A stretch of 64,000 bases of DNA. Source: an uncultured Rickettsiales bacterium. Its GTDB lineage: Bacteria > Pseudomonadota > Alphaproteobacteria > Rickettsiales > SXRF01. Shown piece after piece: positions 52,964 through 63,700 of this stretch. The notes under the pieces are model-generated. The model saw only the letters and a program-made list of their open reading frames with translations. It searched no databases and was not told where the DNA came from. The stretch lies in NCBI GenBank assembly GCA_964405685.1, contig CAYOOP010000005.1, positions 108,713 through 172,712 of the forward strand. Reading direction: 5' to 3'. Every line of letters begins with the position of its first letter. Within the stretch, counting starts at the first letter, position 1. A program made the translations under genes and the position numbers.

Positions 52964-54451
52964 ATGACCAACATTCTCACCCTGTTGATGCTACTACCGC
53001 TGATGGGCGCGGGGATGATTGCTTTGCTAACACCGGGCGACGATAAAGACGGCGCGACGGAAGCGAAATACATCGCGCTGGGGACGACGATCATTGCGCT
53101 TGCCGTTTCGCTACTTATTTGGGGCAAATTTAATTCCGCTACGCATGAATTCCAATTCGTTGAGCGCTATGCATGGTTTGATGGTTTGAACATCAGCTAT
53201 CACCTCGGGATTGACGGCATTTCACTGTTTATGGTGATGCTGACGACGATGCTTATGCCCGTATGCATTCTTTGCAGCTGGCAAGCGATCACCACGCGCG
53301 TGCGTGCGTTTATGATTTGTTTCTTGGTGCTCGAAGCTTTTGTCATCGGCGTGTTCTGCGCGCTCGACCTCTTGCTGTTTTACATTCTCTTCGAAGGCAT
53401 GCTAATTCCGATGTATTTGATCATCGGTATTTGGGGTGGCAAAGAACGCATCTACGCGGCGTTTAAATTCTTCTTGTATACGCTTGCTGGCTCCGTGCTC
53501 TTCCTCGCAGCGTTGGTGTATGTTTACATGGTGATCGGTACGACGGATATTCCAACCCTGATGGTGAAACTACCGGAGCTTCCGATCGCAACCCAGCAGT
53601 GGCTCTGGCTTGCGCTCTTTGCCTCGTTTGCGGTGAAAGTGCCGATGTGGCCGGTCCATACCTGGCTGCCGGATGCGCATGTGCAAGCGCCGACGGCGGG
53701 ATCTGTGATCCTGGCGGGTATTTTGCTGAAGATGGGTGCCTATGGATTCCTGCGGTTCTCGCTACCGATGTTGCCGGACGCTTCACAAAGTTTCGCGCCG
53801 CTCATGTTTACGCTCAGCATCATCGCTGTGGTGTATACCTCGCTGGTAGCCCTCGTGCAGGAGGATATGAAAAAGCTGATTGCGTATTCATCCGTGGCGC
53901 ATATGGGTTTTGTCACGCTTGGGATTTTCACCTTTAATCAACAAGGCGTTGAAGGTGCGATTATTCAAATGATCAGCCACGGCCTCGTCTCCGGCGCGCT
54001 CTTCCTTTGCGTTGGCGTGGTGTATGACCGTTTGCACACACGCGAAATTGCGCGCTACGGTGGTGTTGCGAATGTGATGCCGAAATACGCCATGTTGTTT
54101 ATGTTCTTCACCATGGCTTCTGTGGGCTTGCCGTCCACCTCCGGCTTTGTGGGGGAATTCCTTGTGCTGCTTGGCACGTTTGAACGCGATACACGGCTTG
54201 CGTTGCTCGCTGCCACCGGCATGGTCCTTGGTGCGGCCTATGCGTTGTGGCTCTACCGTAAGGTGATGTTCGGCAATGTTGCGAATGACGATGTGAAAAA
54301 ACTGACCGATGTAAACGGCCGCGAGTGGTTCTACCTCACGGGTATTGCGGTGCTGGTATTGTGGCTGGGGATTTACCCCACCAGCTATCTCGAGCCGCTG
54401 CGCGCAAGCGTTGCGCATCTGCTCACCCAAGTCAATGGAGGTGCGCAGTGA
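52964..54451 (+). CDS. nuoM: NADH-quinone oxidoreductase subunit M
   Basis: 495 aa with WLPDAHVQAPTAGSVILAGILLKMG and YSSVAHMGF. Confidence 0.9.
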   Translation: MTNILTLLMLLPLMGAGMIALLTPGDDKDGATEAKYIALGTTIIALAVSLLIWGKFNSATHEFQFVERYAWFDGLNISYHLGIDGISLFMVMLTTMLMPVCILCSWQAITTRVRAFMICFLVLEAFVIGVFCALDLLLFYILFEGMLIPMYLIIGIWGGKERIYAAFKFFLYTLAGSVLFLAALVYVYMVIGTTDIPTLMVKLPELPIATQQWLWLALFASFAVKVPMWPVHTWLPDAHVQAPTAGSVILAGILLKMGAYGFLRFSLPMLPDASQSFAPLMFTLSIIAVVYTSLVALVQEDMKKLIAYSSVAHMGFVTLGIFTFNQQGVEGAIIQMISHGLVSGALFLCVGVVYDRLHTREIARYGGVANVMPKYAMLFMFFTMASVGLPSTSGFVGEFLVLLGTFERDTRLALLAATGMVLGAAYALWLYRKVMFGNVANDDVKKLTDVNGREWFYLTGIAVLVLWLGIYPTSYLEPLRASVAHLLTQVNGGAQ

Positions 54452-55902
54452 GCCCGCTTTCTGGAATGCTCGGATTTATCCCCGAACTATTTCTACTCGC
54501 AAATAGCATCATTTTGTTGCTTTACGGTTTGTACGTGCACCCTAAAGCCAACACAAAATTCGTGGTGCTGACGGCAACCGTATTGCTGGGTACATTGGTG
54601 CTGGAATGTTTTTATAGCGGTACAACGATTTATGCGTTCCAAGGTATGGTGGTGAACGATGGGTTTACCAAATTCGCTAAAATCCTGACGCTGATTTCCG
54701 CGTTGCTCGTGTTGATGGTTTCGTCGCACTGGCTCACTACCGGCGAAGGCCGGCCGTTTGAATTCATGGTGCTGACGTGTTTTGCAACGCTTGGGCTGCT
54801 CATTCTGATTTCCGCGCAAGACCTCCTCATTCTCTACATGGCCCTCGAACTGGCGAGCTTACCGATGTATGTGCTGGCGAGCTTTGAGCGAGATTCCACT
54901 AAATCCACCGAAGCAGGCCTTAAATATTTTGTGCTCGGCGCGTTGTCTTCGTGCCTGCTGCTATTTGGTATTTCGTTGGTGTACGGTTTCGGCGGCAGCA
55001 CCAGCTTCGATTCGCTGATTCAGCTGTTTGCCTCCTTCGGTGAGGAAGACGCGCAGATTTCACAAGCGCTCATCGTTGGCATGGTGTTTGTGATTGTGGG
55101 GCTGTGCTTCAAAATTTCCGCTGTGCCGTTTCATATGTGGACGCCGGATGTCTATGAGGGGGCACCCACGCCGGTGGTCTCCTTCTTTGCCGTAGTGCCG
55201 AAAGTGGCCGTGCTGGCACTTACTATTCGCGTGCTCATGCAGCTGTTCGCGCCTCTTGCTGAACAATGGCAACAGCTGCTGGTGTTCGCTTCGTTTGCGT
55301 CCATGTTGGTGGGCGCGCTCGGTGCGCTCTTGCAACAAAACATCAAACGCCTGTTGGCGTACAGTTCCATCGGCCATGTCGGGTTCATGCTGATGGGTTT
55401 GGCCACCAACACCGTCATCGGCGTGCAAAGCGTGCTGATTTATCTGGGGCTTTATATTTTCATGAGCATCGGCGCATTCGGTTGCTTGCTGCTCATGCGC
55501 CGCGACGGGCATGCGATGGAAACGATGGCGGACCTCGCAGGTCTATCCAAACTAAAACCGCGCTCGGCATTCCTCATGGCTGTGTTCATGTTCTCCATGG
55601 CCGGCATTCCGCCGATGGCGGGGTTCTTTGGTAAAATGTATGTGGTGCTAGCGGCGATGAGCCACGGCCTCATTGAGCTTGCAATTGCAGGTCTCTTAAT
55701 CAGCGTGGTTTCGTGCTATTATTATTTGCGCGTCGTCAAAGTCATGTATTTTGATCAGACGCCAGGGGACGTGGACATCATTAAAGCGCCGTTGCTCAGG
55801 TTCGCAGTGTCGATCTCGGCGATTATCACGCTTGCGTATATCCTCGCTCCTGCGCTATTAGTAAGTTATGCCAAAGCAGCAGCCGATGCCTTATTCCAGT
55901 GA
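54448..55902 (+). CDS. nuoN: NADH-quinone oxidoreductase subunit N
   Basis: Track ORF 54325..55902 trimmed to the GTG overlapping the nuoM stop (alternative ATG 54466). Contains FHMWTPDVYEGAPTPV and YSSIGHVGF. Confidence 0.85.
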   Translation: MSPLSGMLGFIPELFLLANSIILLLYGLYVHPKANTKFVVLTATVLLGTLVLECFYSGTTIYAFQGMVVNDGFTKFAKILTLISALLVLMVSSHWLTTGEGRPFEFMVLTCFATLGLLILISAQDLLILYMALELASLPMYVLASFERDSTKSTEAGLKYFVLGALSSCLLLFGISLVYGFGGSTSFDSLIQLFASFGEEDAQISQALIVGMVFVIVGLCFKISAVPFHMWTPDVYEGAPTPVVSFFAVVPKVAVLALTIRVLMQLFAPLAEQWQQLLVFASFASMLVGALGALLQQNIKRLLAYSSIGHVGFMLMGLATNTVIGVQSVLIYLGLYIFMSIGAFGCLLLMRRDGHAMETMADLAGLSKLKPRSAFLMAVFMFSMAGIPPMAGFFGKMYVVLAAMSHGLIELAIAGLLISVVSCYYYLRVVKVMYFDQTPGDVDIIKAPLLRFAVSISAIITLAYILAPALLVSYAKAAADALFQ

Positions 55903-56671
55903 TGCATCTCAATCAGCGCTTCACAGCCTGCTGAACGATTACCATTTGCTGACCTACGAAGAACTGGATTCCACCAATGAAGAAGCGCGGCGCATTGCCC
56001 ACGGTGGCGGTGCGCATGGCGCGGTGATTTGGGCGAAGCGTCAAACCGCCGGTCGCGGCCGCGCTGGGCGGGCCTGGGTGTCGGAAGAGGGAAACCTCTT
56101 CGTTTCGATGTTGATTCACCCGCCGAAAGATGTCGGTCAGTTGTCGCAGCTTTCGTTCGTTGCCGCGGTTGCGGTGTGCGATGCGATTAAGGGCATTTTA
56201 CCCAATCCCGAACGGGTCAAACTCAAATGGCCGAATGATATTTTGGTAGACGGCTGCAAAATCGGCGGCATCTTGCTCGAATCCTTCCAAACCAAAGGCG
56301 ATAATCTGCCGTGGGTGGTGGTGGGGGTAGGGGTTAATGTGGATTCGTTCCCCACGGATGTGCAATTCCCGGCGACCAGTTTGAAAGAAGAAGGTGTGGA
56401 ACTGATCTCTGCGAAAATCGTGCTTGCGCGGCTTATCCATTGTTTCATTGAACGCTACAACCAATGGGCACGCAAAGGCTTCACGCCGATTCGTAAAAGT
56501 TGGCTGGATGTGGCCTATGGATTGAAAAATGAAGTGCGCGTGTCGCTCCCGCAGGAAGAAATTCACGGCCTGTTTAAGGGGCTGGATGACGACGGCGGGA
56601 TTATTGTAGAACTTTCGCCGCGTAAAAACCGCACGATTCACGCGGGCGATGTATTTATTTTTCAGGAATAG
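55868..56671 (+). CDS. birA: Biotin--[acetyl-CoA-carboxylase] ligase
   Basis: 267 aa with the GRGRAGRAW biotin-binding loop and KWPNDIL. Confidence 0.8.
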   Translation: MPKQQPMPYSSDASQSALHSLLNDYHLLTYEELDSTNEEARRIAHGGGAHGAVIWAKRQTAGRGRAGRAWVSEEGNLFVSMLIHPPKDVGQLSQLSFVAAVAVCDAIKGILPNPERVKLKWPNDILVDGCKIGGILLESFQTKGDNLPWVVVGVGVNVDSFPTDVQFPATSLKEEGVELISAKIVLARLIHCFIERYNQWARKGFTPIRKSWLDVAYGLKNEVRVSLPQEEIHGLFKGLDDDGGIIVELSPRKNRTIHAGDVFIFQE

Positions 56672-56679
56672 GAGGGAGT

Positions 56680-56967
56680 ATGGCGGAGCAGTATTTAGAG
56701 ATGACTTGGGCGCGCGTCCTAACCATCTGGTGGGCGTATCTTTGGAGAGCGGTGCTTGCAGGATTTATAGTTGGACTCGTTATTGGATTTATCATTGGTG
56801 TAATGGCTGGTGTAATGGGTACCTATCAGACAAATCCGGCAGGCGTTGGATCAATAATTAGTATTTTTGGTGCTCTTGCTGGGGCTGTAACTAGTGTGTA
56901 CATGCTAAAGAGAGTGCTTGCTAAGCAATTCAAAGATTTTAGAATTGTGCTCATACCTAATGAATAA
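56680..56967 (+). CDS. Small hydrophobic membrane protein (95 aa)
   Basis: GGAGGG RBS and two or three TM segments rich in G/I/V. No motif recognised. Confidence 0.45.
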   Translation: MAEQYLEMTWARVLTIWWAYLWRAVLAGFIVGLVIGFIIGVMAGVMGTYQTNPAGVGSIISIFGALAGAVTSVYMLKRVLAKQFKDFRIVLIPNE

Positions 56968-56978
56968 GGAGGGTTGCT

Positions 56979-57122
56979 ATGAGAAAACTATGGATTTTAT
57001 TGGCGCTACCCTTGCTGCTTGCGGCATGTGACAAAAAAATTGAAGACTTAAAAAGCCCATGCGTTGGTGCGGAAGGTAGTCCGTGTGACAAGCGCGCGCC
57101 AGCCGGTAACCCGCAAAGCTAG
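56979..57122 (+). CDS. Tiny lipoprotein (47 aa)
   Basis: Hand-translated MRKLWILLALPLLLAACDKKIEDLKSPCVGAEGSPCDKRAPAGNPQS. Lipobox LLAAC and AGGAGGG RBS. Below the track cutoff. Confidence 0.45.
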   Translation: MRKLWILLALPLLLAACDKKIEDLKSPCVGAEGSPCDKRAPAGNPQS

Positions 57123-59965
57123 TGGCGCTTCACTCCATTCCTCCGCATTTGCCGTTTTTGGAAACCCTAGCGGATGAAATCTTGGCGCCGCGTGAAGCAC
57201 TTGCTGACGCATTGATTTTACTGCCTTCACGCCGCAATTGCCGTGCGTTGACGCAAGTGCTGGTAGAACGTTCCACTGAGCAGGCGCTGCTGTTGCCGCG
57301 CATTGCTCCGCTTGGGGAAGTGGATGAGGATGCGCTGACATTGGAGCTTGCACTCGGCGGCGACATGATCGAATTCCTGCCCGCCATTTCCCGCATGGAG
57401 CGTATTGCGCGGTTGGCTGCTATGTTTGGGGATGCGCTGCCGCAGCACCATTCCATCATGCTTGCGCGATCGCTCGGTGAATTGATGGATGAATTTGAGC
57501 GCGCGCAGGTGCCGCTTTCGGCGCTTGAAACCTTGGTGCCGGAGCTTTACGCGCAGCATTGGCAAAAGGTGATCGACGTGCTGAAAATCGCGATTCGCCA
57601 GTGGCCGCGAGAATTGGAAAAATTAGAAAAACAAAATCCCATTGCGCGGCGTAATCAATTGGTCGCGGCGCTCATCAAGCATTGGAGGGAACATCCACCT
57701 GCGTACCCTATTATTGCTGCGGGTTCTACGGCCAGTACCAGGGCAACGGCGGATTTACTGGCGGCCATCGCAGAGCTGCCAAATGGCAAGGTGGTGCTGC
57801 CGGGGCTTGCAAATGTTTCGGAGGATTATTGGAATGCGGTGGATTTGGCGCATCCGTATTATTTTTTGAAAAGATTCCTAGAGAACCTCCCCCGCTTGCG
57901 GGGGAGGGCAACGAAGCTTACGCCTTTAGGCGTTAGCGTAGTGGGTGGGGGAACATTGTCTACCCCCCTTGAAAAAGGGTTCCCCCCTGAATCCCCCCGC
58001 AAGCGGGGGGAACTATTTTTGTCCGCCTTTGCGCCGCCGGAAATGATTCCACAGTGGCAGCATGAGGAGATTGATCTGGCGTCGGCGACGGAGGGGTTGA
58101 CGCTACTTGAAGTAGAAAACGAATTCGAGGAAGCACGCACTGTGGCGCTTGCCGCGCGGGAAGCACTGGAAGACCCTAATGCGAAAGTGATGATTGTTAC
58201 CGAGTCGCGTGACCACGCAGCGCTGATTTCTTCTGCCTTAAAACGCCACGGCATCGAGGCGGATGCGAGCCACGGGCTTAATTTGCTGCAAACTGAAGTA
58301 GTGACGTTTTTGCGATTAGTATTGGCTTGCGCGGAAGAGACAAGTGCAGTCAATCTCCTTGCACTTCTAAAACATCCACTGGCCCGCGCGGGGCTTACGC
58401 GTGCAGAATGCTTGCAAGCAGCGCGGGAAATGGATGTGCAGCTTCGTGGCTATGCACTTTTAGATGTGTTTCATGCGCTGGAGCACGAGGAATTAAGCGA
58501 TGCCGCGCGTGCGGTGGTGGCGACACTAAAAGTGGCTATAACGCCACTTGCACGCGCACTCAAGCATCCACACATCGCAGTTACGGAATTGATACGGTTG
58601 CATATCAGCGTAGCCGAACAATTAGCGGAGGATTTGTGGAAAGGGGAGCAGGGGCAGGCGGTCGCCGAGGTATTGGCAGAACTTGCAACATCACTCGCGC
58701 CGATGGGTGCGGTGCAGGGGGCGCTATATAGTAAGATATTCGAGGAATTGCTGGCGCAGGAATATTATCAGGCGCCTTATGGCACGCACCCGCGGCTTAG
58801 CATTTTGTCATCCCAAGAAGCGCGTTTGCTCTCGGCAGATCTGGTGATTGTGGCGGGTATGGTGGAAGGGCAAATGCCCCCTGCGGCGATTCCCAACCCC
58901 TGGATGGGGCGGCACATGATGGAGGCGCTTGGGCTGCATCTGCCGGAGACGGCAGCGAGCCGCACCGCGCACGATATGTTGATGTTGAGCCACGCCAAGC
59001 GCCTGGTGCTTTCGCGGCCGCGGCATGTGGGCGGTAACCCTGCGGAACCCTCGCGCTATATCACCCGGCTCACACTGTATTTGAAAAGTAAGGATGAGGG
59101 GTTTTATGCCAGCCTTCAGAATACGCGCATTCCGGCGTTGCTCAAGCAACTGGACGCAGCGGCGCTGAATAGTGTCGCTCAGCCCGCGCCTACGCCGCCC
59201 ACTGCCGTGCGGCCACGCAGATTCACGGTGTCGGAAATTGAGACCCTGCTGCGCGACCCTTACGCCATTTATGCCAAACATATTTTGAAATTAAAACCGC
59301 TGGAGGTTTTGCAACGCGCGCCGGATGCGGCGCTTTTTGGCAAGGTGATGCATAAGGTATTGGAGCGTTTTTCAACCATGGTGCCGGATACGGAACAGTT
59401 CCGCGCTGTGGGTGTGGAGGTAATGCGTACTATGCTGCATCAAACCGCGACCATCGCTTTGTGGCAGCCACGAATGGATGCGTTGATGGAGGAGTTGGTT
59501 GCACTGGAACGTGCGCGGCGTGTGGATATTACATCGCTCAAAGCCGAAACATCACTCGCAAAAACATTTGCGATTGGCGATCTACAGATTGAACTGCGTA
59601 CGCGCATTGATCGGCTGGAAGAACATCGTGATGGCGGCCAAGTACTTACGGATTATAAAACAGGTGCAGTGCTTGAGGCGAGCAGGGTGAAATCCGGAAA
59701 AGCGCCGCAATTGCCGCTGATGGCGATGATTGTAGAAGGTGTTTCAGGCAAGCCGGTGACAGAGCTTGAATATTGGAATGTCAGTGGCCGCGCGGGGCTT
59801 GAACCTAGCACGACTCCATATACCCCCGAGCTGCGCGCTAAAGCGGAAGCAGGTTTCAAGCAGCTCATGGAAGTGTTTTTGCAGGTAGATACGCCGTATA
59901 TCGCCACGCGTGACGATGAGTGGAATGACTATGCGCATTTGGAGCGAACTGCAGAGTGGGTTTGA
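57122..59965 (+). CDS. addB: Double-strand break repair protein AddB (alphaproteobacterial type) with an in-frame repeat insertion
   Basis: 947 aa with an AddB-like N-terminus (LPFLETLADEIL) and a C-terminal PD-(D/E)xK-like region (LTDYKTG). Residues PRLRGRATKLTPLGVSVVGGGTLSTPLEKGFPPESPRKRGE are encoded by repeat D2. Confidence 0.8.
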   Translation: MALHSIPPHLPFLETLADEILAPREALADALILLPSRRNCRALTQVLVERSTEQALLLPRIAPLGEVDEDALTLELALGGDMIEFLPAISRMERIARLAAMFGDALPQHHSIMLARSLGELMDEFERAQVPLSALETLVPELYAQHWQKVIDVLKIAIRQWPRELEKLEKQNPIARRNQLVAALIKHWREHPPAYPIIAAGSTASTRATADLLAAIAELPNGKVVLPGLANVSEDYWNAVDLAHPYYFLKRFLENLPRLRGRATKLTPLGVSVVGGGTLSTPLEKGFPPESPRKRGELFLSAFAPPEMIPQWQHEEIDLASATEGLTLLEVENEFEEARTVALAAREALEDPNAKVMIVTESRDHAALISSALKRHGIEADASHGLNLLQTEVVTFLRLVLACAEETSAVNLLALLKHPLARAGLTRAECLQAAREMDVQLRGYALLDVFHALEHEELSDAARAVVATLKVAITPLARALKHPHIAVTELIRLHISVAEQLAEDLWKGEQGQAVAEVLAELATSLAPMGAVQGALYSKIFEELLAQEYYQAPYGTHPRLSILSSQEARLLSADLVIVAGMVEGQMPPAAIPNPWMGRHMMEALGLHLPETAASRTAHDMLMLSHAKRLVLSRPRHVGGNPAEPSRYITRLTLYLKSKDEGFYASLQNTRIPALLKQLDAAALNSVAQPAPTPPTAVRPRRFTVSEIETLLRDPYAIYAKHILKLKPLEVLQRAPDAALFGKVMHKVLERFSTMVPDTEQFRAVGVEVMRTMLHQTATIALWQPRMDALMEELVALERARRVDITSLKAETSLAKTFAIGDLQIELRTRIDRLEEHRDGGQVLTDYKTGAVLEASRVKSGKAPQLPLMAMIVEGVSGKPVTELEYWNVSGRAGLEPSTTPYTPELRAKAEAGFKQLMEVFLQVDTPYIATRDDEWNDYAHLERTAEWV
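57886..58013. repeat. G/C-hairpin palindromic element, family D, copy 2 (inside addB, in frame)
   Basis: Terminal hairpins CCTCCCCCGCTTGCGGGGGAGG and TCCCCCCGCAAGCGGGGGGA. Inverted orientation relative to 13470-13570. Confidence 0.8.
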
Positions 59966-59975
59966 TCTATTATTT

Positions 59976-60000
59976 CCCCTCTACCCCGTGGGGGAGAGGG
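59976..60000. repeat. Solo family-E-like hairpin just after the addB stop
   Basis: CCCCTCTACCCCGTGGGGGAGAGGG, an imperfect hairpin related to the ends of the DUF559 unit. Confidence 0.5.
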
Positions 60001-60010
60001 AACAAAGTAC

Positions 60011-60219
60011 TTATACCAAAGCAACGAAGTTTCATGACATTTATCACCGTCATTCCGTCGCAAGACGGAATCCAGTAAGCGGCGTCTGCCGCGTAGAAAG
60101 ATCATAACGCTGCTTGCTGCAGCTACTGGATTCCGTGTCTGTTCCTTGAGCACCCTTGCAAGCAAGGCTACTCAAGGGCACGGAATGACGGTGTCATGTT
60201 ATTTCGTTGCTTTGGTATT
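60011..60219. repeat. Composite ~210-bp palindromic element with a family-A-like core
   Basis: Outer arms TATACCAAAGCAACGAAGTTTCATGACA...CCGTCATTCCG and CGGAATGACGG..TGTCATGTTATTTCGTTGCTTTGGTAT. The core has gtcattccgtcgcaagacggaatcc. Confidence 0.7.
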
Positions 60220-60640
60220 AGGTTTCTAGCGTTTCTAAGCGGTGGATGCGCTCATAAAGCGAGCGGGTGCGGGTTAAGAGGTCGCACACGGCGCGGGGAA
60301 GCACACGGTCGATGTGAGGGGTATCAAACGTGCAGGTTTCAATGCATTGCAGTGGAAACATGGCTTTCAATTCTTCTGTGGTGATTTCACCGGCGTGGAC
60401 GGCGCGGCGAGCAAGCACCCAGGCCATGACGCTGGAAAGGCGCAAGGTGATGCGCGACATTTCGGCGGAATAAACGAGCTTGGCGGCGTGGTTCAGCATT
60501 TGCTGGTCTAGGCTCGACTTGGCAAAGAAATAGTTGCGTGTTTCGGTGAGCAGTGCCATCGTTTCGTCGAAAAGACGCGGCAGGAATACGCCGTCGGCGA
60601 TTTTGGTTTTAGAAGAAGAAAGTTCACGTTGTGTGTGCAT
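60218..60640 (-). CDS. DUF1465-family protein (RcdA-like protease adaptor family)
   Basis: 140 aa. YSAEMSRITLRLSSVMAWVLARRAVHAGEIT and LYERIHRL resemble the DUF1465/RcdA pattern as I recall it. Confidence 0.55.
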   Translation of the reverse strand: MHTQRELSSSKTKIADGVFLPRLFDETMALLTETRNYFFAKSSLDQQMLNHAAKLVYSAEMSRITLRLSSVMAWVLARRAVHAGEITTEELKAMFPLQCIETCTFDTPHIDRVLPRAVCDLLTRTRSLYERIHRLETLET

Positions 60641-60729
60641 GGTCGCTCCTTACAAGTTAATTAACATTAACATATTCTAAGGGCTAATGTATATTAATGT
60701 TTTGTTAAGATGGAAGACTGTTTTTATAA

Positions 60730-63700
60730 ATGGATAAAAAACAAGAGCTTATAGCTACATCTCCGGACGTAAATGTCTGGGTTTCGGCCAATGCGGGGGC
60801 GGGAAAGACCCGTATTTTGACCCATCGCGTCCTGCGCCTGCTTGCCGAAGGCGCGCCGCCTTCGTCCATTTTGTGCCTCACCTATACCAATGCCGGGGCG
60901 GCGGAAATGCGTGCACGCATCATCAAAGAAGTGGGTCGCTGGGCGACGATTAAAAGCGATGCGTGCGCGGTATCGCTGGAGACATTGCTGGGCCGTGCGC
61001 CGGATTCAGATACGATCGCACGCGCGCAATCGCTCTTCGCGCAGATTGTCGACCGGGATGATGCTCTGCGGATTGAAACAATCCACGCCTTTTGCCAATC
61101 GCTATTGCGCAGGTTCCCGCTTGAGGCCCATATCTTCCCGCATTTTACACTCATGGATAATCAGGAAGTGCAGCTACTTGCGGGCCACTGCCTGATGCGG
61201 CTTTTAAGCCGTACGCAAGAGAGTGCAACACTCAAAGAAAGCCTTTCGTTTCTGGCGACTAGCCGTGCAGACGGTAGTTTACGAAAAATGGCACTTAGCA
61301 TGGTGGCACAACAGATAAAATGGCGGCGGTTTTTTGCACGTACGGATGTGGAAGATTATATTCGTGATTACGCCAAGCGTCTGCAGGTGGATCTAGGTGC
61401 GGATTTGAAGGCCACCTATTTTAGCTACACGCCTGCGGAGTTGAGCGTGTTGCGCGCTTGTGTACAGAAGATGTTGGCGAGTGGGGGGAAGCTGGATAAA
61501 CAGCGCGGTGCGGTGCTTGCGCGCTGGTTTGAAACGCAGACGCAGGCGGATGCGTATGTGGATGCGTGGCTCACGGAAAAAGAAACGCTGGTTGCGAATA
61601 TGGTGTCCAAAGCCGCTGGATTGAGCGAAGCGGAAGCCCAGGCGATGGATGCCGAACGTTTGCGCGTAGAGGCGTATTTGAAAGCACGGAGCAGCCTAGC
61701 GCTCTTAACCGAAACCAAGCATGTGCTGACGTTTGCGGAAGGCCTACTCGCACTGTACGAACACGAAAAACAAGCGCGCGGATGGATGGATTTTGACGAC
61801 ATGATCGCAGGTGCAGAAAGCTTGCTGGGCGCAAGCGCCATGCGTGACTGGGTGCTGTATAAATTAGACAGCGCGATTCATCATGTGTTGATTGATGAAG
61901 CGCAGGACACGAGCCCTTCGCAGTGGCGCATTGTCGAGGCGCTCACCGAAGAATTTTTTGCCGGCGCGGGACTGGAGCACCCGCGTAGCTTGTTTGTGGT
62001 GGGGGATTTTAAGCAGTCTATTTTCAGTTTCCAGGGTGCGGATGCGGATTTGTTTCTCGCGATGAAAACGCAAATTAAAGAACGTGCGGAAGCTGCGGGC
62101 GTGATGTTTTATGAGCTGGCGCTTGAGGAATCCTATCGTTCCACCGCGCCGGTGTTGCAAGCCGTAGACACTATATTTCAGCCCATGATGCCTGACATTC
62201 GTCACGTGCTGACGCGCAAAAATCAGGCGGGCAAGGTGGTGCTGTGGCCACTGGTGACGGTGGAGAAAGCAGAAAAGCAAGAGGGTTGGGCGTTGCCGCA
62301 GACTGAAGTGCGCGCAACAGCGGAAGAAAAACTGGTAGCGGCACTTGTTGCGGAAATTGCGGGATGGATTGGTGTGCGTGACTTGCCGGCCAAAGGCCGC
62401 AAGGTGCAGCCTGGCGATGTTATGATTTTGCTGAAGAAACGTGGCACGCTGGCGATGCGTCTGGTGAATGCGTTCAAAGCCAGAGGAATCCCGGTTTCCG
62501 GGGCGGACCGCATGGTGCTTGCAGACCATTTGGCGGTGCAGGATATGCTGGCGTTGCTCAAATTCGCGCTACTGCCGCAGGATGATTATACGCTCGCCTG
62601 TGTGCTCAAATCGCCGTTGTGTGGGCTTACAGAAGATGCATTGTTTGAACTGGCGCATAGGCGCATAGGGACATTATTTGAAGCACTTAAAACTTCATCG
62701 CATACACAAGCAATCGAGCTGCTCAGCAGCGTGCTTGCGCTTGCGGATAAACGCCCGCCATCGGCGCTGATGGCTGAAGTGCTGGGGTATGGTATGCGCC
62801 GGAATTTTGCAGCGCGGCTCGGGGCGGATGCGCTTTCGGTGCTCGACACATTGCTGCAAACCGCGCATGAATATGAAGCGTTGCATCCGCCAAGTGTGCA
62901 GGGTTTTGTCCATTTCATGGAGCAGGTGGAGACGGAATTCACGCGCGGGAATGCCAGTGAAAACGTGGTGCGGGTGATGACGGTACATGGTGCAAAAGGC
63001 TTGCAAGCGCCGATTGTGATACTGCCGGATGCGGCCTCGCCCTTATCCGCGCCCGAGCAACTCACCTGGCAAAAAGGCGAACCGCGCTTGCTGCCGCCGG
63101 ATAAAGGCTCGTACGGCATTGCTGATGACGTGAAGGACGCGCGCAGAAACTCTATGCAAAGCGAATATTTGCGCTTGTTCTACGTGGCGCTAACGCGGGC
63201 GGAGGATGAGCTGTATATTCTAGGCTATACGGGCAGAAGTGTACCGGAAACCAGCTGGTACACGCTCGCGCAAAAAGCGCTCACACCGATTTCAGAACCT
63301 CTGGAAACCCCTGTGGGGCGGGGGGTTGCAGTTATTTGTCATCCTGAGCGTAGCGAAGGATCTCTATGCCCGCAAAAGGTCCTTCGCTACGCTCAGGATG
63401 ACAGGGAAATACCAAAATGGGCGACCACGCCGGTTGCGCTCGAGCCTATGTACACTGCGCCGGTACTGCCTTCGAAGCAGGATGCGGAAAGCGAGAACAC
63501 CGCGCCTTCGCCGCTCGCGCGTGACGTTGCGGTTGCACGCGGGCGGATGGTGCATCACCTGTTGCAATATTTGCCGGAGATAGAGCAGGGACGGCGCGCA
63601 GCGGTTGCAAAGCTCTTTTTAGCACGGCGTTATGCGGACGCTGAGGAAGACGTACGCGAACAAGTGGTGCGGGATGTAGTGCGGTTGATGGATCATCCGG

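Noticed and set aside
63239-63583. 114-aa ORF containing ILSVAKDL-type peptide; also minus-strand ORF 63364-63567
   Set aside because: These are out-of-frame or antisense readings of the family-C palindrome inside addA. The addA frame (frame 1 from 60730) stays open through the element.
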